From the NCBI RefSeq assembly GCF_963921235.1, contig NC_086109.1, forward strand, positions 14,696,001 to 14,760,000: a stretch of 64,000 nucleotides of DNA. Direction: 5' to 3'. Positions within the stretch are counted from its first letter, which is position 1, and each line of letters begins with the position of its first letter. The notes beneath the pieces are model-generated. The model was not told the DNA's origin. It saw only the letters and a list, made by a program, of their open reading frames with translations, and made no database searches. Positions 1 to 12,388 of the stretch are shown here, piece by piece. Made by a program: the position numbers and the translations under genes. Source of the stretch: Mobula hypostoma. Taxonomy: Eukaryota.

Positions 1-454
1 TGCCTAGGTGGATGTAAGAGTGTTTGATGGTTCTGGGCCTGTATTCACTAGAACTCAGTAGAATGAGGGGTGACCTCACTGAAACCTATCACATGGTGGA
101 AGGCCTTGATAGTGTGGATGTGGTAAGGATGTTTCCCTATGGTGGGAGAGTCCAAGACCAGAGCCTCAGAATAGGGGGGGCGTGCTTTTAAAACGGAGAT
201 GAGGAGGAATTTCTTTAGCCAGAGAGTGGGGAATCTGTGGAATTCTTTGCCACAGGCAACTGAGGAGGCCAAGTCTTTATTTATATTTAAGACAGAGGTT
301 GATAGATTCTTGATTGGTCAGGGCATGAAGGTCTATGGGAAGATGGCAGGATATTGGACTGAGAGGAAAATTGAATCAGACGTGATGAAATGGCAGAGTA
401 GACTTGATGGGCCAAATGGCCTAATTCTACTTCTATATCTTATGGTCTTATGGT
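1..454 (+). mobile_element. CR1 LINE 3' end fragment
   Basis: ORF 199..456 reads RRNFFSQRVGNLWNSLP (CR1 ORF2 C-terminus) and ends in a (TCTTATGG)n tail. Confidence 0.9.
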
Positions 455-569
455 AATGCTCATGTTACAGGATTAGAGGCTTCATTTCTACCCTTGCCAC
501 TTGATATAACCCAGTGACTTGCTAGTCAAGTTAAAACTAATTCCATGATATGTTTTGACACCTTAACAA

Positions 570-1435
570 CACCCGAGGCTTTATAAGGCATTGGTCAGAC
601 TGCATTTAGATTATTGTGAGTAGCTTTAGGCCCCTTATCTAAGAGAGGTTATGTTGCTATTGGAAATGGCCCAAAGGTGGTTCACGAGAATGATCCTGGG
701 TTAACATCCGAGGAGGATTCAAAGGCTGTGGGCCTGTACTTATTGGAGTATAGAAGAATAAGGAGGGCAGCCCATTGAAGCTAACCACACTCATCAGGGA
801 AGAGGCTACATAGCATCCACACCAGGACCACCAAACTCAGAAACAGTTATTTTCCCTAAGCAGTAAGGCTGATCAAAACCTCCAACCACTAACCCACCTT
901 CCAAACCCCCATCGCCATGCTTCATCACTTCCCGCCAGCCACCTTATGTAGACACTCTGGTGCCTAGTGTCACTTTATGAACATTCAATGGATCTATGTA
1001 TCTAAGCTACTATATATCCAGAGTAACAATTATCTCCTTTTCCTTGACTCTTGTGTACTGGAAATGACATTAAACAATGGTGAGACTTGAATATTGAGAG
1101 GCCTAGATAGAATGGATTTGAAGAGGATGTTTTAAATAGTGGGGGAGTCTGGGACTAGGGGTCACAGGTCAGAACTGGACATCCATTTAGAACAGAGATA
1201 AGGAGGAATTTTAGCCAGAGGGTGATGAATCTGTGGAATTCGTTGCCACAGGCAGCTGTGGAATCAAGGACATAGGGCATATTTAATTCAGAGGTTGATA
1301 GGTTATTGATTACTAAGGGCAACAAAGATTATGGGGAGAAGGCATGAGAATGGGGCTGAGAGGACCATGATCAAATGGCAGAGCAGACTCATTGGGCCAA
1401 ATAGCCTAATTCTGCTCCAAAGTTTAATGGTCTTG
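570..1435 (+). mobile_element. Decayed CR1 3' fragment interrupted by a Rex1/Babar 3' end (about 790-1085)
   Basis: HLDYCE.LYLLEYRR-like coding on the left resumes after 1085 (GGGGAGTCTGGGACTAGGGGTCACAG...CTGTGGAATTCGTTGCCACAG). Confidence 0.75.
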
Positions 1436-1799
1436 ATCTGAGATTGGACTCGCATAGAGGACAGGCTGAGTAAGGAAGTTTGCTTTTCTCTTCCAACAGA
1501 GAGTTGCAGAGAGATGTGGCACGGAAAGAGGCCCTTCAGCCCAACAGGTTCATGCTGCCACTGTACCGATCTACAATAATCCCATTTACCCTCATCACTC
1601 TACACCTTGGCACCTTAAATACTTGACCCCGATCTCACAGTCTGACTTGTCATTGGCTTGCAGATTATATTTTGCCCGCATTGCACCTTCTCTGAAAAAC
1701 TTTATTCTACATTCTGTTGTGGTTTTTTCCCTTGTACTACCTCTGTGTACCACTGTGAAGTATTGATTTTTATGGATGACATGCAAATCAAAGTTTTTC

Positions 1800-2055
1800 C
1801 ACAGAAGCCACACGCTCAACATCTAAGGAACAGCTTTTTCTTCTCTGCTATCAGATTACTGGACTGCCTATGAACTCATGAAAACTACTTCACTTATTTT
1901 GCTTTCTTTTTGCCCAACTTATTTTTATATATTCTTATTGTCATTTATAGATATTTTTGTTTTTGTATTTCTTATTGTGACTTACAGTAAATTTTATGTA
2001 TTGCACTGTACTGCCGCAAAGAAATTCGCGATGTACTGTGCGTCAGTGATGATAA
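1800..2055 (+). mobile_element. Rex1/Babar LINE 3' end
   Basis: HAQHLRNSFFFSAIRLL motif followed by the AT-rich 3' UTR shared with many copies in the window. Confidence 0.7.
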
Positions 2056-2089
2056 TCTTCATCCAGATATGGCCCATATCCCTCTAATC

Positions 2090-2169
2090 CAGGGGTTTCC
2101 AACTATTTTTATGCCATGGACCCCTACCAATATCCCAGGAGTCCGTGGACCCCAGATTGGAAAACCCTG
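2090..2169. mobile_element. 80-bp hAT (Charlie-type) MITE inside a CR1 fragment
   Basis: TIRs CAGGGGTTTCCAA...TTGGAAAACCCTG; 8-bp flanks CTCTAATC / CTCTAAAG (6/8). Confidence 0.85.
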
Positions 2170-2810
2170 CTCTAAAGCGTCCCTGTCCACGTACCTGTCC
2201 AACTGTCTTTTAAATGTTAGAGTTGCACCTGTCTCAACCACATCCTGTGGCAGCTCATTCCACAAAGGTGCGGTAACGTACAGTGGGACCGTGAGTGCAA
2301 GTCCATAGCCTGCTGAAAGTGGCTACGCAAGTAGATAAAATGGTGAGATAAGGCGTACGGCAGGCCCACTTCCATTGGTCAGAAAGTTATGTTGTAGGTG
2401 TACTGTATAAAAATTTGGTGAGGGCACACTTGTAGTACTGTGTGGAGTTCTGGTCATCTCATTACAGGCAGGGGCTTTGAAAAGGTTCATCAGGGTGTTG
2501 CCTGGATTGGAGAGTATTAGTCAGAAGAAAGGGTTGGATAAACTTGGATTACCTTCTCTGGAGCATCAGAAGCTGAGAGGTAACCTGATAGAAGTTTCCG
2601 GAATTATGAAAGGCAAAGGTAGGGTAGACAGAGTCTTTTCCCAATAGCACAGTTATACAGGGATAGAGTACTGCTGCACAAAAACAGGCCCTTTGGCCCA
2701 TCTAGTCTGTGCTGAACTGTTACACTGCTCAGTCCCATCAACCCACAAATAGACTGTAATCCTTCATATCCCTCCCATCCATGTATTCATCCAAACTTAT
2801 TTCAAATTTT
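2170..2810. mobile_element. Cluster of CR1 fragments in both orientations
   Basis: Minus ORF 2059..2265 WNELPQDVVETGATLTFKRQLDRY; plus-strand HL.YCVEFWSSHY and LRGNLIEV remnants at 2270-2645. Confidence 0.7.
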
Positions 2811-2833
2811 AAGCTATCACTTGGCCAATGTGG

Positions 2834-3592
2834 AGGTGCTGTGGTAGCGTGGCAATCAGATAGAAAGGTAGATAGATACTTTATTGATCCCAAAGGAAAT
2901 TACAGTAGCATTACAAGTGCACAGATATACAAGTATACAAATATTAGAAGAGAAGTAAGAAAGAATAAAAATAAGTTACCTCAAACAGTCTAACCGGAGG
3001 GGGTCATCACTACCTCGGCTACAGGTTGACTCATTATAGAGCCTAATGGCCAAGGGTAAGAATGACCTCATATAGGGCTCTTTGGAGCAGCGAAGTTGTC
3101 TTAGTCTATTACTAAAAGCGTTCCTTTGTTCGGCCAAGGTGGCATGCAGAGGGTGAGAAATATTGTCGAGAATCGCCAGGATTTTCCATTGTGTCCTTTG
3201 TTCTATCACAGCCTCCAGTGTGACTAGTCTGACTCCTATAATACAGCCAGCCTTTCTAATCAGTTTATTGAGGCTGTTGGCATCACCCATGTCAATGCCA
3301 TTGCCCCAGCACACCAAGCTAAAACTATTACCCGGCTCGGAGCCTTCCAGGGTTTGGAGTTCAGTCTAGCCCATCTATAAGGAGTTCATACAACTTCCCC
3401 GTGACCACATGGCTTTCCGCCGGATGTTCCACTTTCCTCCCACAGTCCAAAGACATACCAGTTAGTGGGTTAATTGGCTGTTGTAATTTGTCCTGTGATT
3501 AGGCTAGGGTTAAATAGGTAGGTTGATAAGTAGTGTGGCTCAACGATCCAGAGGGGCTGCTCTGATGTATCTCTAAATATATAAATAAATAA
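2834..3592 (+). mobile_element. HE1-like tRNA-derived SINE split by a Rex1/Babar insertion
   Basis: Head GTGGTAGCGTGG at 2834-2859, body resumes about 3318 with the conserved TTCCTCCCACAGTCCAAAGAC block and a (TAAA)n tail. Confidence 0.6.
2868..3316 (-). mobile_element. Rex1/Babar LINE 3' fragment
   Basis: ORF 2976..3317 ends RLRQLRCSKEPYMRSFLPLAIRLYN; (CTAT)n tail; near-identical copy at 9149-10385. Confidence 0.85.
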
Positions 3593-4127
3593 ACACAAGG
3601 TGAAGGCAGGTATGTCATATTCCTTCTTCACCACTTAACCACCTGTGCTGCCACTTTCAAGGAGCTTGTCTCCTGAGGTTCCTCCTGTACGATAGGAATC
3701 AAGCAGTGGGTGTTGCTTTCATTCCCACTAACCAGACTTCTTTCCTCCATCTCGATCCTTCCCTCCTCTCTCCTCTCAGTGACCCGTTAAGTCTCTTTTG
3801 AAGTCCAGCTAAAAACTTCTAACCCACCATGTCCCCAGCAGCTGGTGCTTGTAAAATCCGCCTCTGTCTGCTTTCCTGGAATCAGGCAAACTGTTCAAGA
3901 AAAGAGCAAGATTAATGTCAATAAAGTCAAACCATCACTGAGTGTGATTAACTCGTTCAGCGTCAACAACTGAAGAAAAAGCAAGAAGAAGAAATCCTTC
4001 AGAGTCAGAATCCGGTTTAATTTCACTGACATAAGTTGTGGAAGTTGTTGTTTTGCAGCAGCAGAAACAATTTAATACAAAAAAGTTATAAATTACAAAA
4101 AGAAATATATATACATAGAGTATATTA

Positions 4128-5637
4128 TGCAATGCACCGATTAATTGGACGTCGGTTAATTGGGCAGCCACTTATTTGGAACAATTCTTAAAGAACAAAA
4201 ACTAATCAAGAAAATAGCTGGGTTTCCCTTTGTTTACTTGGGACACTCTGCCATTTAATTGGGACAGAGACAGTTGCAGAACAGTTTCTAACTAACGTCA
4301 GTTGCATGCATTTGTGTGACGGTTAGATAACTACAACGTGCTTAGAATGAATGATTTTTAATAGCCTGTGCTTATGTTAGGTTGTCCATTTGGCCTGATG
4401 GACCCGGATTCAGACAGCAGTGATATTTGATCATTTTGTTTTTTATTTTGACTTTAAAAAATTTCAGACCCTTGCCAAGGGATCAAGAAAAGATTTGACA
4501 CCAACCAAAAGAATTACCCTACTGGAACAAATAAAAAGCACACTGGATAAATTTCTCCATTGATAACTATTAAGAACTAATAGTTTTAAAGTTCAAAGTT
4601 TAACTAGATTTATTATCAAAGTACATACAGTATATGTCGCCATATACTACCCTGGGATTCATTTTCTTGCAGGCATTCTCAGTAAGTATAAACACAATAG
4701 AATCAATGAAAAAACACACAGGTGGACAAACAACCAAAATGTAAAAGACAACAAACAATGCAAATGAAAAAAAGACAAAATAATAATAATAAATTAATCA
4801 TCAATAAATATCCAGAACATGAGATGAAGAGTCCTTGAAAGTGGGTCCATTGGTTTTGAGAACAGTTCAGTGACCGGCCAAGTGAAGTTGAGTAAAGTTA
4901 TCCCCTTTGGTTCAAGAGCCTGATAGTTGAAGGGTAATGTCACGGGCCTGGACTTGGCACTGACTTTCCCAGTTTGTTTCCGCTATAGGGGTTTTCCTGT
5001 TGAGGAAAGCATTTTCAAATTTCTCAGGGAGACGTCATTCATAGAGTCACAGAGTACAGCACAGAAACAGGCCCTTTGGCCCATGCTGACCACAGCATCC
5101 TATCCCCTCGGTTGGTGTGTGAGAGGGTGGGAAATGAGCTTGTTTTCCTGTTGATACCTTGTTTTGTTTGTTGTTGTTGTTGTTACTTGTGTTGTTCTGC
5201 TAAATATTGTGGGCATGCTCTGTTGGTACCGGAACCTGTGCCAAAGCTTGAGAGCTGCCCATGGTTGTTAATGCAAATGATTCATTTCACTGTATGTTTC
5301 AAAATATACGTAATAAATAAATCTGAGTCTGAAATCAGCTACTCTCAGTTGCCCATGTTTGGCCAATAACCTTCCAAGCCCATCCTCCTCCAATTACCTG
5401 CACAAATGCCTCTTAAATGGTGCGATTGTACCTGCCTCAGCCACTTCCTCTGGCAGCTACTACAGACTAATAGCACTGGAATAGTTTTGATATTCATTTA
5501 AATACATAATTTGTTACTCAGTTAAATGGTAGTTTGTCTTTAACTACTTCCATGAAACTTCAGCTAATTGGGGCAGCGGTTTAATTGGGCCAAAATGTAC
5601 TAATCCCAGTGTGTCCAAATTAACTAGAATCTACTAA
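4128..5637. mobile_element. Tigger/pogo-like non-autonomous DNA transposon split by LINE/SINE debris (about 4590-5460)
   Basis: Repeated TTAATTGGG(A/C) subterminal motifs at both ends; ACTAATAG recurs either side of the interruption. Confidence 0.5.
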
Positions 5638-5644
5638 ATACATA

Positions 5645-5711
5645 CAGTACTGTGCTTAGACACAAATATACTGTATATTGCTAGGGTGCCTAAGACTTTT
5701 GCACAGTACTG
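5645..5711. mobile_element. Tc1/mariner-type mini-MITE
   Basis: TA|CAGTACTGTGC...GCACAGTACTG|TA: perfect 11-bp TIR and TA TSD. Confidence 0.85.
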
Positions 5712-6171
5712 TACTTGTCAACGTGGAGCAGACAGCAAGTTTGTAAATCTGGTAGAAGCAAAGGATGCTGGGAATTGCCAGGGTAAAGCACTGGGGGAAG
5801 GGTGTGGGACGGGTGGCAGAGGAGTGCCAGGGGCAGAGGGTGGCATAGGTGCAGACACACCCAGTCCTGAGACACCCGGCAAGCTCATTTGATTCAAAAC
5901 AAGTGGCTTATTGATCATTACAGAATGTCTCTCTAGTGCTGCCCGCTCCCATCCTTCCCCTTCCCACTCTTTGTCCACAGTAGAGACCCATTTCAGAATC
6001 TGGTTTGTCATCACTCACATATGTCATGAAGTTTGTTTTTTTTTACAGCAGAAGTGCAGTGCAATACAATACATAAAATTACCCATAAAATACAAGAAGA
6101 AACATAAATATAAAGTTAAATTAAATAAGTAGCACAAAGAGAGAGCAAAAGTAATGAGGTCGTGTTCATGG

Positions 6172-6398
6172 TGTTGCAGTGTGAGTATTATTAAAAGTAA
6201 GTTAATACTAATTAGGATAATGGGGGTTCTACTTCCATTCTTTTTACTTCCAGTGTGCTTTGTATATACTGTTCCTGCCATGTTGTACGGGTTATGAAAA
6301 ACCTCTGTATATACATAACGGTTTTGAAGTTCGACATAAAGGTGGTTCTTTGGCATGAAGTTGTCAAGTGTGCCTTTTTCAAAGTAGAAGTTACTACA
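6172..6398. mobile_element. Solo LTR (227 bp, probably Gypsy-type)
   Basis: Begins TGTTG, ends CTACA, flanked by a perfect 5-bp TSD CATGG (6167-6171 / 6399-6403). Confidence 0.75.
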
Positions 6399-6549
6399 CA
6401 TGGGTTCATGGGCCATTCAGAAATCTGATGGCAGAAGGGATAAAGCTGTCCCTGAAACACTGTGTGGGTGTGTGTGTGTCTTCAGGCTCTAGTACCTCTT
6501 TTCTGATGTTAGTAATAAGAAGAGTACAAGTCCTGGGGGTCCTTCATAA

Positions 6550-7723
6550 CAAGGTCCCACACAGGAGATTAGTGTGCAAACTTAAAGCACACGGTATTGG
6601 GGGTAAGGTATTGGTGTGGGTGGAGAATTGGTTAGCAGACAGGAAGCAAAGAGTGGGAATAAACGGGACCTTTTCAGAATGGCAGGCGGTGACTAGTGGG
6701 GTACCGCAAGGCTCAGTGCTGGGACCCCAGTTGTTTACAATATATATTAATGACTTGGATGAGGGAATTAAATGCAGCATCTCCAAGTTTGCGGATGACA
6801 CGAAGCTGGGTGGCAGTGTTAGCAGTGAGGAGGATGCTAAGAGGATGCAGGGTGACTTGGATAGGTTGGGTGAGTGGGCAAACTCATGGCAGATGCAATT
6901 TAATGTGGATAAATGTGAAGTTATCCACTTTGGTGGCAAAAATAGGAAAACAGATTATTATCTGAATGGTGGCCGATTAGGAAAAGGGGAGGTGCAACGA
7001 GACCTGGGTGTCATTATACACCAGTCATTGAAAGTGGGCATGCAGGTACAGCAGGCGGTGAAAAAGGCGAATGGTATGCTGGCATTTATAGCCAGAGGAT
7101 TCGAGTACAGGAGCAGGGAGGTACTACTGCAGTTGTACAAGGCCTTGGTGAGACCACACCTGGAGTATTGTGTGCAGTTTTGGTCCCCTAATCTGAGGAA
7201 AGACATCTTTGCCATAGAGGGAGTACAAAGAAGGTTCACCAGATTGATTCCTGGGATGGCAGGACTTTCATATGAAGAAAGACTGGATGAACTGGGCTTG
7301 TACTCGTTGGAATTTAGAAGATTGAGGGGGGATCTGATTGAAACGTATAAGATCCTAAAGGGATTGGACAGGCTAGATGCAGGAAGATTGTTCCCGATGT
7401 TGGGGAAGTCCAGAACGAGGGGTCACAGTTTGAGGATAAAGGGGAAGCCTTTTAGGACCGAGATTAGGAAAAACTTCTTCACACAGAGAGTGGTGAATCT
7501 GTGGAATTCTCTGCCACAGGAAACTGTTGAGGCCAGTTCATTGGCTATGTTTAAGAGGGAGTTAGATATGGCCCTTGTGGCTGCAGGGGTCAGGGGGTAT
7601 GGAGGGAAGGCTGGGGCGGGGTTCTGAGTTGGATGATCAGCCATGATCATAATAAATGGCGGTGCAGGCTCGAAGGGCCGAATGGCCTACTCCTGCACCT
7701 ATTTTCTATGTTTCTATGTTTCT
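6550..7723 (+). mobile_element. Young 5'-truncated CR1 LINE with an open RT/C-terminal frame to 7627
   Basis: KVPHRRL..SGVPQGSVLGPQLFTIYINDL..KFADDTKL..LVRPHLEYCVQFWSP..FFTQRVVNLWNSLP with no stop; (TTCTATGT)n tail. The first ~60 aa of ORF 6368..7627 come from unrelated flank. Confidence 0.95.
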
Positions 7724-8857
7724 ATAATGGGTGCTACCTTTTTGAAGCATCACATGTTGAAGATGTCCTCGGTGCTAGAGAGTCTAGTCACCATGGCAGA
7801 GCTAATCGTGGGCACTAGTCACTAATTGTCTCTGGCTCAGTCAGTACAATGATCAAAACAAGTTGCGGAATTTTTGGATGTTAGAGGCAAAACGTACTTC
7901 AGTTAAATGGCAGAAGACTGATCGCCTCAGGTGGAAGAAGAAAGGATAATGTTGAAAGAGATCTTTTGGAAACCGAGCAAGGGGCGCAGGTAAAAGTGCA
8001 GAAACTGGAGAAGCAATTAAATGTACGAATATGAGGGAAGGAAAGAATGAGAGAGAGGGTGGGGAGAGGGGAGAGAAGAAGAAAGAAAAGGAGGAAAGTG
8101 AAAGAGTGAATGAGAGCATAAACTGGAAAGAGAATGGGGGAAAATTAAGAAACTCATTCATTCTCAGGAGAAAATGAAGTGCTCCACAGTGAGTTAAAGA
8201 CTTGAAACAAGTCGCTGGAAAACAATTTGTGAGCATTCCAGACATAAAGGAAATAGATTTTTTTTAACTTTTCAAAAACAGCCTGTAAAAGGAGCTCAAA
8301 TAAATCTCTATTGTAGAAATTGATTATGGAAATCTACTTATTCACTGTGGGGTCAAAAACCAAATTTATAGAACATCGATCTCACTATGCCAAGATAATC
8401 AGTTCCCTGTGACATATAAAAAGAAAGCTGGCAAACTGTAAAAATGTCAGATACCAAAAGGGAGAGACACTGAGAGGCACGCAGAGACCGTGGGATGGGT
8501 TGTTAGGAATATTTGTCTCTACAGAACTTCCCTTCTTCTTTGACATCCAAACTGACACTAGACAGATCCAGCGTATTATTTTCTTTTTTAAATTCTGGTG
8601 CTTTAACTTGACCTCCCTGCACCAGTTCCCCTAAACCACTGGTCTCCATGCCCACTGCACCATTTCTATCAAAAATAAGATATTTGCAGCTGACTGAGTT
8701 TTCATCTTGTGACTCCAGTTACTCCAATTTTCTCCCACGTCCCAAAGTTGAAATAATCGGCCACTGTAAACTGCACCTCAGGAGCAGAATCTGGGGAGCT
8801 GCTGACAGAACTGTGGGCAAACAAAAAAAAATGGTGCACATGGTCACCCTGGATTGA

Positions 8858-9113
8858 GACGGCATGGTGGTGCAGTGGTTAGCATACTGCTGTTCGCACA
8901 GTGCCAGTGACCCAGGTTCAACTCTGCTGCTGTCTGTAAGGAGTCTGTACGTTCTCCCTGTGACTGCGTAGGTTTTGTCCGGATGCTGCAACTACCACTC
9001 ACTTTCCTAAGGCGTACGCATTAGTAGGTTAATTGGTCGCTTGGGTGTACTTGGGTGGTGCAGGCTTATTGGGCTGGAAGGGCCTGTCACCACCCTGTAT
9101 CTCTAAATAAATA
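8858..9113 (+). mobile_element. HE1/V-SINE-like tRNA-derived SINE
   Basis: Pol III A box TGGTGCAGTGG, B box GGTTCAACTC, conserved body, (TAAA)n tail. Confidence 0.85.
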
Positions 9114-9148
9114 ACTAAACACAAGAGATTCTGCAGGTGCTGGAAACT

Positions 9149-10385
9149 GATAGATAGATACTTTATTGATCCCAAAGGAAATTACAGTGTCACAGTAGCA
9201 TTACAAGTGCACAGGTACAGAGAGGAAATTAAGAACCTGCTGGCATGGTGCAAAGACAATAACCTATCTCTCAACATCAGCAAGACAAAGGAATTGGTTG
9301 TTGACTTCAGAAGGAGTACTGGACCGCACGACCCCATTTACATTGGTGGTACGCAAGTGGAACAGGTCAACAGCTTTAAGTTCCTCGGGGTCAATATCAC
9401 AAATGACCTGACTTGGTCCAACCAAGCAGAGTCCACTGCTAAGAAGGCCCACCAGCGCCTTTACTTCCTGAGAAAGCTAAAGAAATTTGACCTGTCCCCT
9501 AAAACCCTCACTAATTGTTATAGAGGCACCTTAGAAAGCATTCTTCTAGGGTGCATCACAACCTGGTATAGAAGTTGTCCTGTCCAAGACGGGAAGAAGC
9601 TGCAGAAGATCGTGAACACAGCCCAGCACATCACACAAACCAATCTTCCGTCCTTGGTCTCACTTTACACCACGCGCTGTCAGAGCAGTGCTGCCAGGAT
9701 AATCAAGGACACGACCCACCCAGCCAACACACTTCTCGTCCCTCTTCCCTCCGGGAGAAGGTTCAGGAGCTTGAAGACTCGTAGGGCCAGATTTGGGAAC
9801 AGCTTCTTTCCAACTGTGATAAGACTGCTAAATGGATCCTGACCCAGATCTGGGCCATACCCTCCAAATATCCAGACCTGCCTCTCGGTTTTTTTGCACT
9901 ACCTTTTCTATTTTCTATTTATGATTTATAATTTAAATTTTTACTATTTACTATTGATTTGTACTCCAGGGAGCGCAAAGCACAGAATCAAATATCGCTG
10001 TGATGATTGTATGCTCTAGTATCAATTGTCTGGCAACAATAAAGTATAAAGTTAAGTATAAATATTAAAAGAGAAGTAGAAATAAGAATAAAGAATAAAT
10101 TACTTCAAACAGTCTAACAGGAGGGGGTCACAACTTCCCCGACTATAGGTTGACTCATTATAGAGCCTACTGGCTGAGGGTAAGAATGACCTCATATATG
10201 CTCTTTGGAGCAGCACAGTTGTCTTAGTCTATTACTAAAAGTGCTCCTCTTGTCAGCCAAGGTAGCATGCAGGGGATGAGAAACATTGTCCAGAAGTGCC
10301 AGGATTTTCTGTGGGCTCCTTTGTTCTAACAGAGCTTCTAGTGTGTTCAGTTTGACTCCTATAACAGAGCCAGACTCTAATCAGT
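9149..10385 (-). mobile_element. Rex1/Babar 3' fragment interrupted by an opposite-strand Rex1/Babar copy
   Basis: 9149-9214 plus 10037-10385 reconstruct the 2868-3316 copy. Confidence 0.85.
9215..10036 (+). mobile_element. Young Rex1/Babar LINE 3' portion, open frame to 9842
   Basis: YREEIKNLLAWCKDNNLSLNISKTKELVVDFRR..FKFLGV..HQRLYFLRKL..NSFFPTVIRLLN, then 3' UTR with AATAAA. Confidence 0.9.
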
Positions 10386-10544
10386 TTATTGAACCTGTTG
10401 GCATCACCTGTGCAGTCCAAGACCCTTCATCAGTATTGGAAAGGAAGGGTGCAGCAGACAAAAATTCCCTTCCACAGATGCTGCCTGATTTGCTGAGTTC
10501 CTCCAGCATTTTGTGTGTGTTACTCTGGATTTCCAGCATCTCCA

Positions 10545-10706
10545 GAATTTTTGCATAGTAGGGGAATTAAGGGTTATGGGGGAAAGGCAGGTAGGTGGAG
10601 ATGAGTCCATGGCCAGATCAGCCATGATCTTATTGAATGGCAGAGCAGGCTTGACAGGCCAGATGGCCGACTCCTGCTCCTGTTTCTTATGTTCTTATGT
10701 TCTCTT
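10545..10706 (+). mobile_element. CR1 3' UTR fragment
   Basis: GGGGAATTAAGGGTTATGGGG...(TTCTTATG)n; close copy at 28950-29093. Confidence 0.8.
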
Positions 10707-10805
10707 GTGCTAATACTTAACCCAAATGTAGTGCTGTCCGCAAACATGCTGCGCAACCCCCACGCCTAACACTGCAACAGCCCAGAGACCAGTCCCCACT
10801 AAACA

Positions 10806-11088
10806 CTTACTTACTTATTTATTGAGCTGCAGCGCAGAACAGCCCCTTCTGGCCCTTCGAGCCACCCTGCCCAGCAACCCCCTCCTAGTCCCAGGGCAAT
10901 TTACAATGACCAATTAACCTGCCAACCGATACATCTTTGGACTGTGGGCAGAAACTGGAGCCCCTGGAGGAACCCCACGTGGTCATGGGGAGAACGTACA
11001 AACTCCTTACAGGCAGCAGCAGGAACTGAACCCGGGTCACAGGTACTGTAAAATATTGTGCTAATCACTACGCTACCGTGCTGCCCCA
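10806..11088 (-). mobile_element. HE1-like SINE
   Basis: Reverse strand GGGCAGCACGGTAGCGTAGTG (A box) and CCGGGTTCAGTTCC (B box). Confidence 0.85.
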
Positions 11089-11194
11089 CTGTCTGTACAG
11101 ATCTAGATTTCCTTCATTTCCATTCCTAGAAATTTATGGCTTTAATAATTTTCAATTAGGATTCAGGGTTCCTTTAGTAATACCACAGCTATCT

Positions 11195-12388
11195 TAACTG
11201 TACTTCTTCTCACTCTGTCTCCTGTAAAAATACTATTCCCTTTTCTCAGTTTTTTCATCTCTACCGCATCTGTTCCCAGGATGTGGTTTTCCTTTCCAGG
11301 GTATCAGAGATGTCCTCCTTCTTTAAAGAACAGACTCACTCTATCTTCCTACTGCCTTAACAGTGATAGAGTTCCTCCTGTATTTACCTCCAACCCATGA
11401 GCCTCCACAACCAACACATTATCCTCCGCAACTTCCGCCATTTCCGAAGGGATCCCACCACTAAACATATCTTTACCTTCTCCCCTCTCTCTGCTTTCCA
11501 CAGGGATTGTTCCCTCCATGATTCCCTCGTCCATTCGTTCCTCACGACTAATCTCCCTCCCATAACTTGTCCCTGCATGCAGCCAAAGTGCTACACTTTG
11601 CTCATACACCTCCTCCCTCACCTTCATTCAGGTCCTAAGCAATCCTTCCAGGTGAGGCAACAATACACCTGCAAATTTGCTGGGGTCGTCTATTGTATCT
11701 GGTGCTCCTGATGCAGCCTCCTCTACAATGGTGAGACCCAGCGGAAATTGGGGGACCACTTTGTCAAGCACCTCCACTCCATCTGCCAAAAGCAGAACTA
11801 CCTGGTAGCCAAACATTTTAATTTTGATTCCCATTCCAGTTCTGACGTGTCGGTCCATGAGCTCCTCTTGTGCCAAGCGGGTGGAGAAGCAACACCTTAT
11901 ATTCTGTCTAAGTAACCTCCAACCTGATGGTATGAATATCAACTTCTTCTTCTGGTAAAAATTGCTCTCTCTCCCTCCCCTATTCTTCCATTCGCCACTC
12001 TGGCATTTTACCTCTTCTCACCTGCCTATCGCCTCCCTCTGGTGCTCTTCCTCCGTCCATTTCTACTATGGTCCATTCTCCTCTCCTATCAGATTCTTTC
12101 ATCTCCGGCCCTTTACCTTTCCCACAGACCTGGATTCACCTATCACCTTCTAGCTATCCTCCTTCCCTTTTTATTTCTTATTTTATTTTATTTTATTTTA
12201 TTTTATTATCTCGCCTTTTTATTCTGGCGGTCTTCCCCCTTCCTTTTCAGTGCTGAAGAAGGGTCTTGGCCCCAAACGTCCACTGCTTATTCATTTCCAC
12301 AGATGCTGCCTGACCTGCTGAGCTCTTCCAGCAATTTATGTGCGTTGCTCTGGACTTCCAGCATCTGCAGAATTTCTCCTGTTTCTGA
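11195..12388 (+). mobile_element. Penelope-like element (Neptune-type), RT thumb + Cys linker + GIY-YIG remnant + terminus
   Basis: RIILRNFRHFRRDPTTKHIF..AFHRDCSLHDSLV..CPCMQPKCYT; QVRQQYTCKFAGVVYCIWCS.C.LLYNGET; multiple stops. Confidence 0.85.

Larger units (their letters stand above)
5993..7800 (-). mobile_element. Rex1/Babar 3' fragment hosting a solo LTR and a young CR1
   Basis: Typical reversed tail TCAGAATCTGGTTT; sequence is continuous across the two inserts. Confidence 0.7.

Noticed and set aside
6368..7627. 419-aa ORF as a host gene
   Set aside because: 5'-truncated CR1 ORF2 in chance frame with upstream LTR and Rex debris; non-ATG start
8858..8930. tRNA genes at SINE heads (also 13690-13760, 29906-29980, 40017-40085)
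   Set aside because: A/B boxes run into SINE bodies and tails; no complete cloverleaf seen
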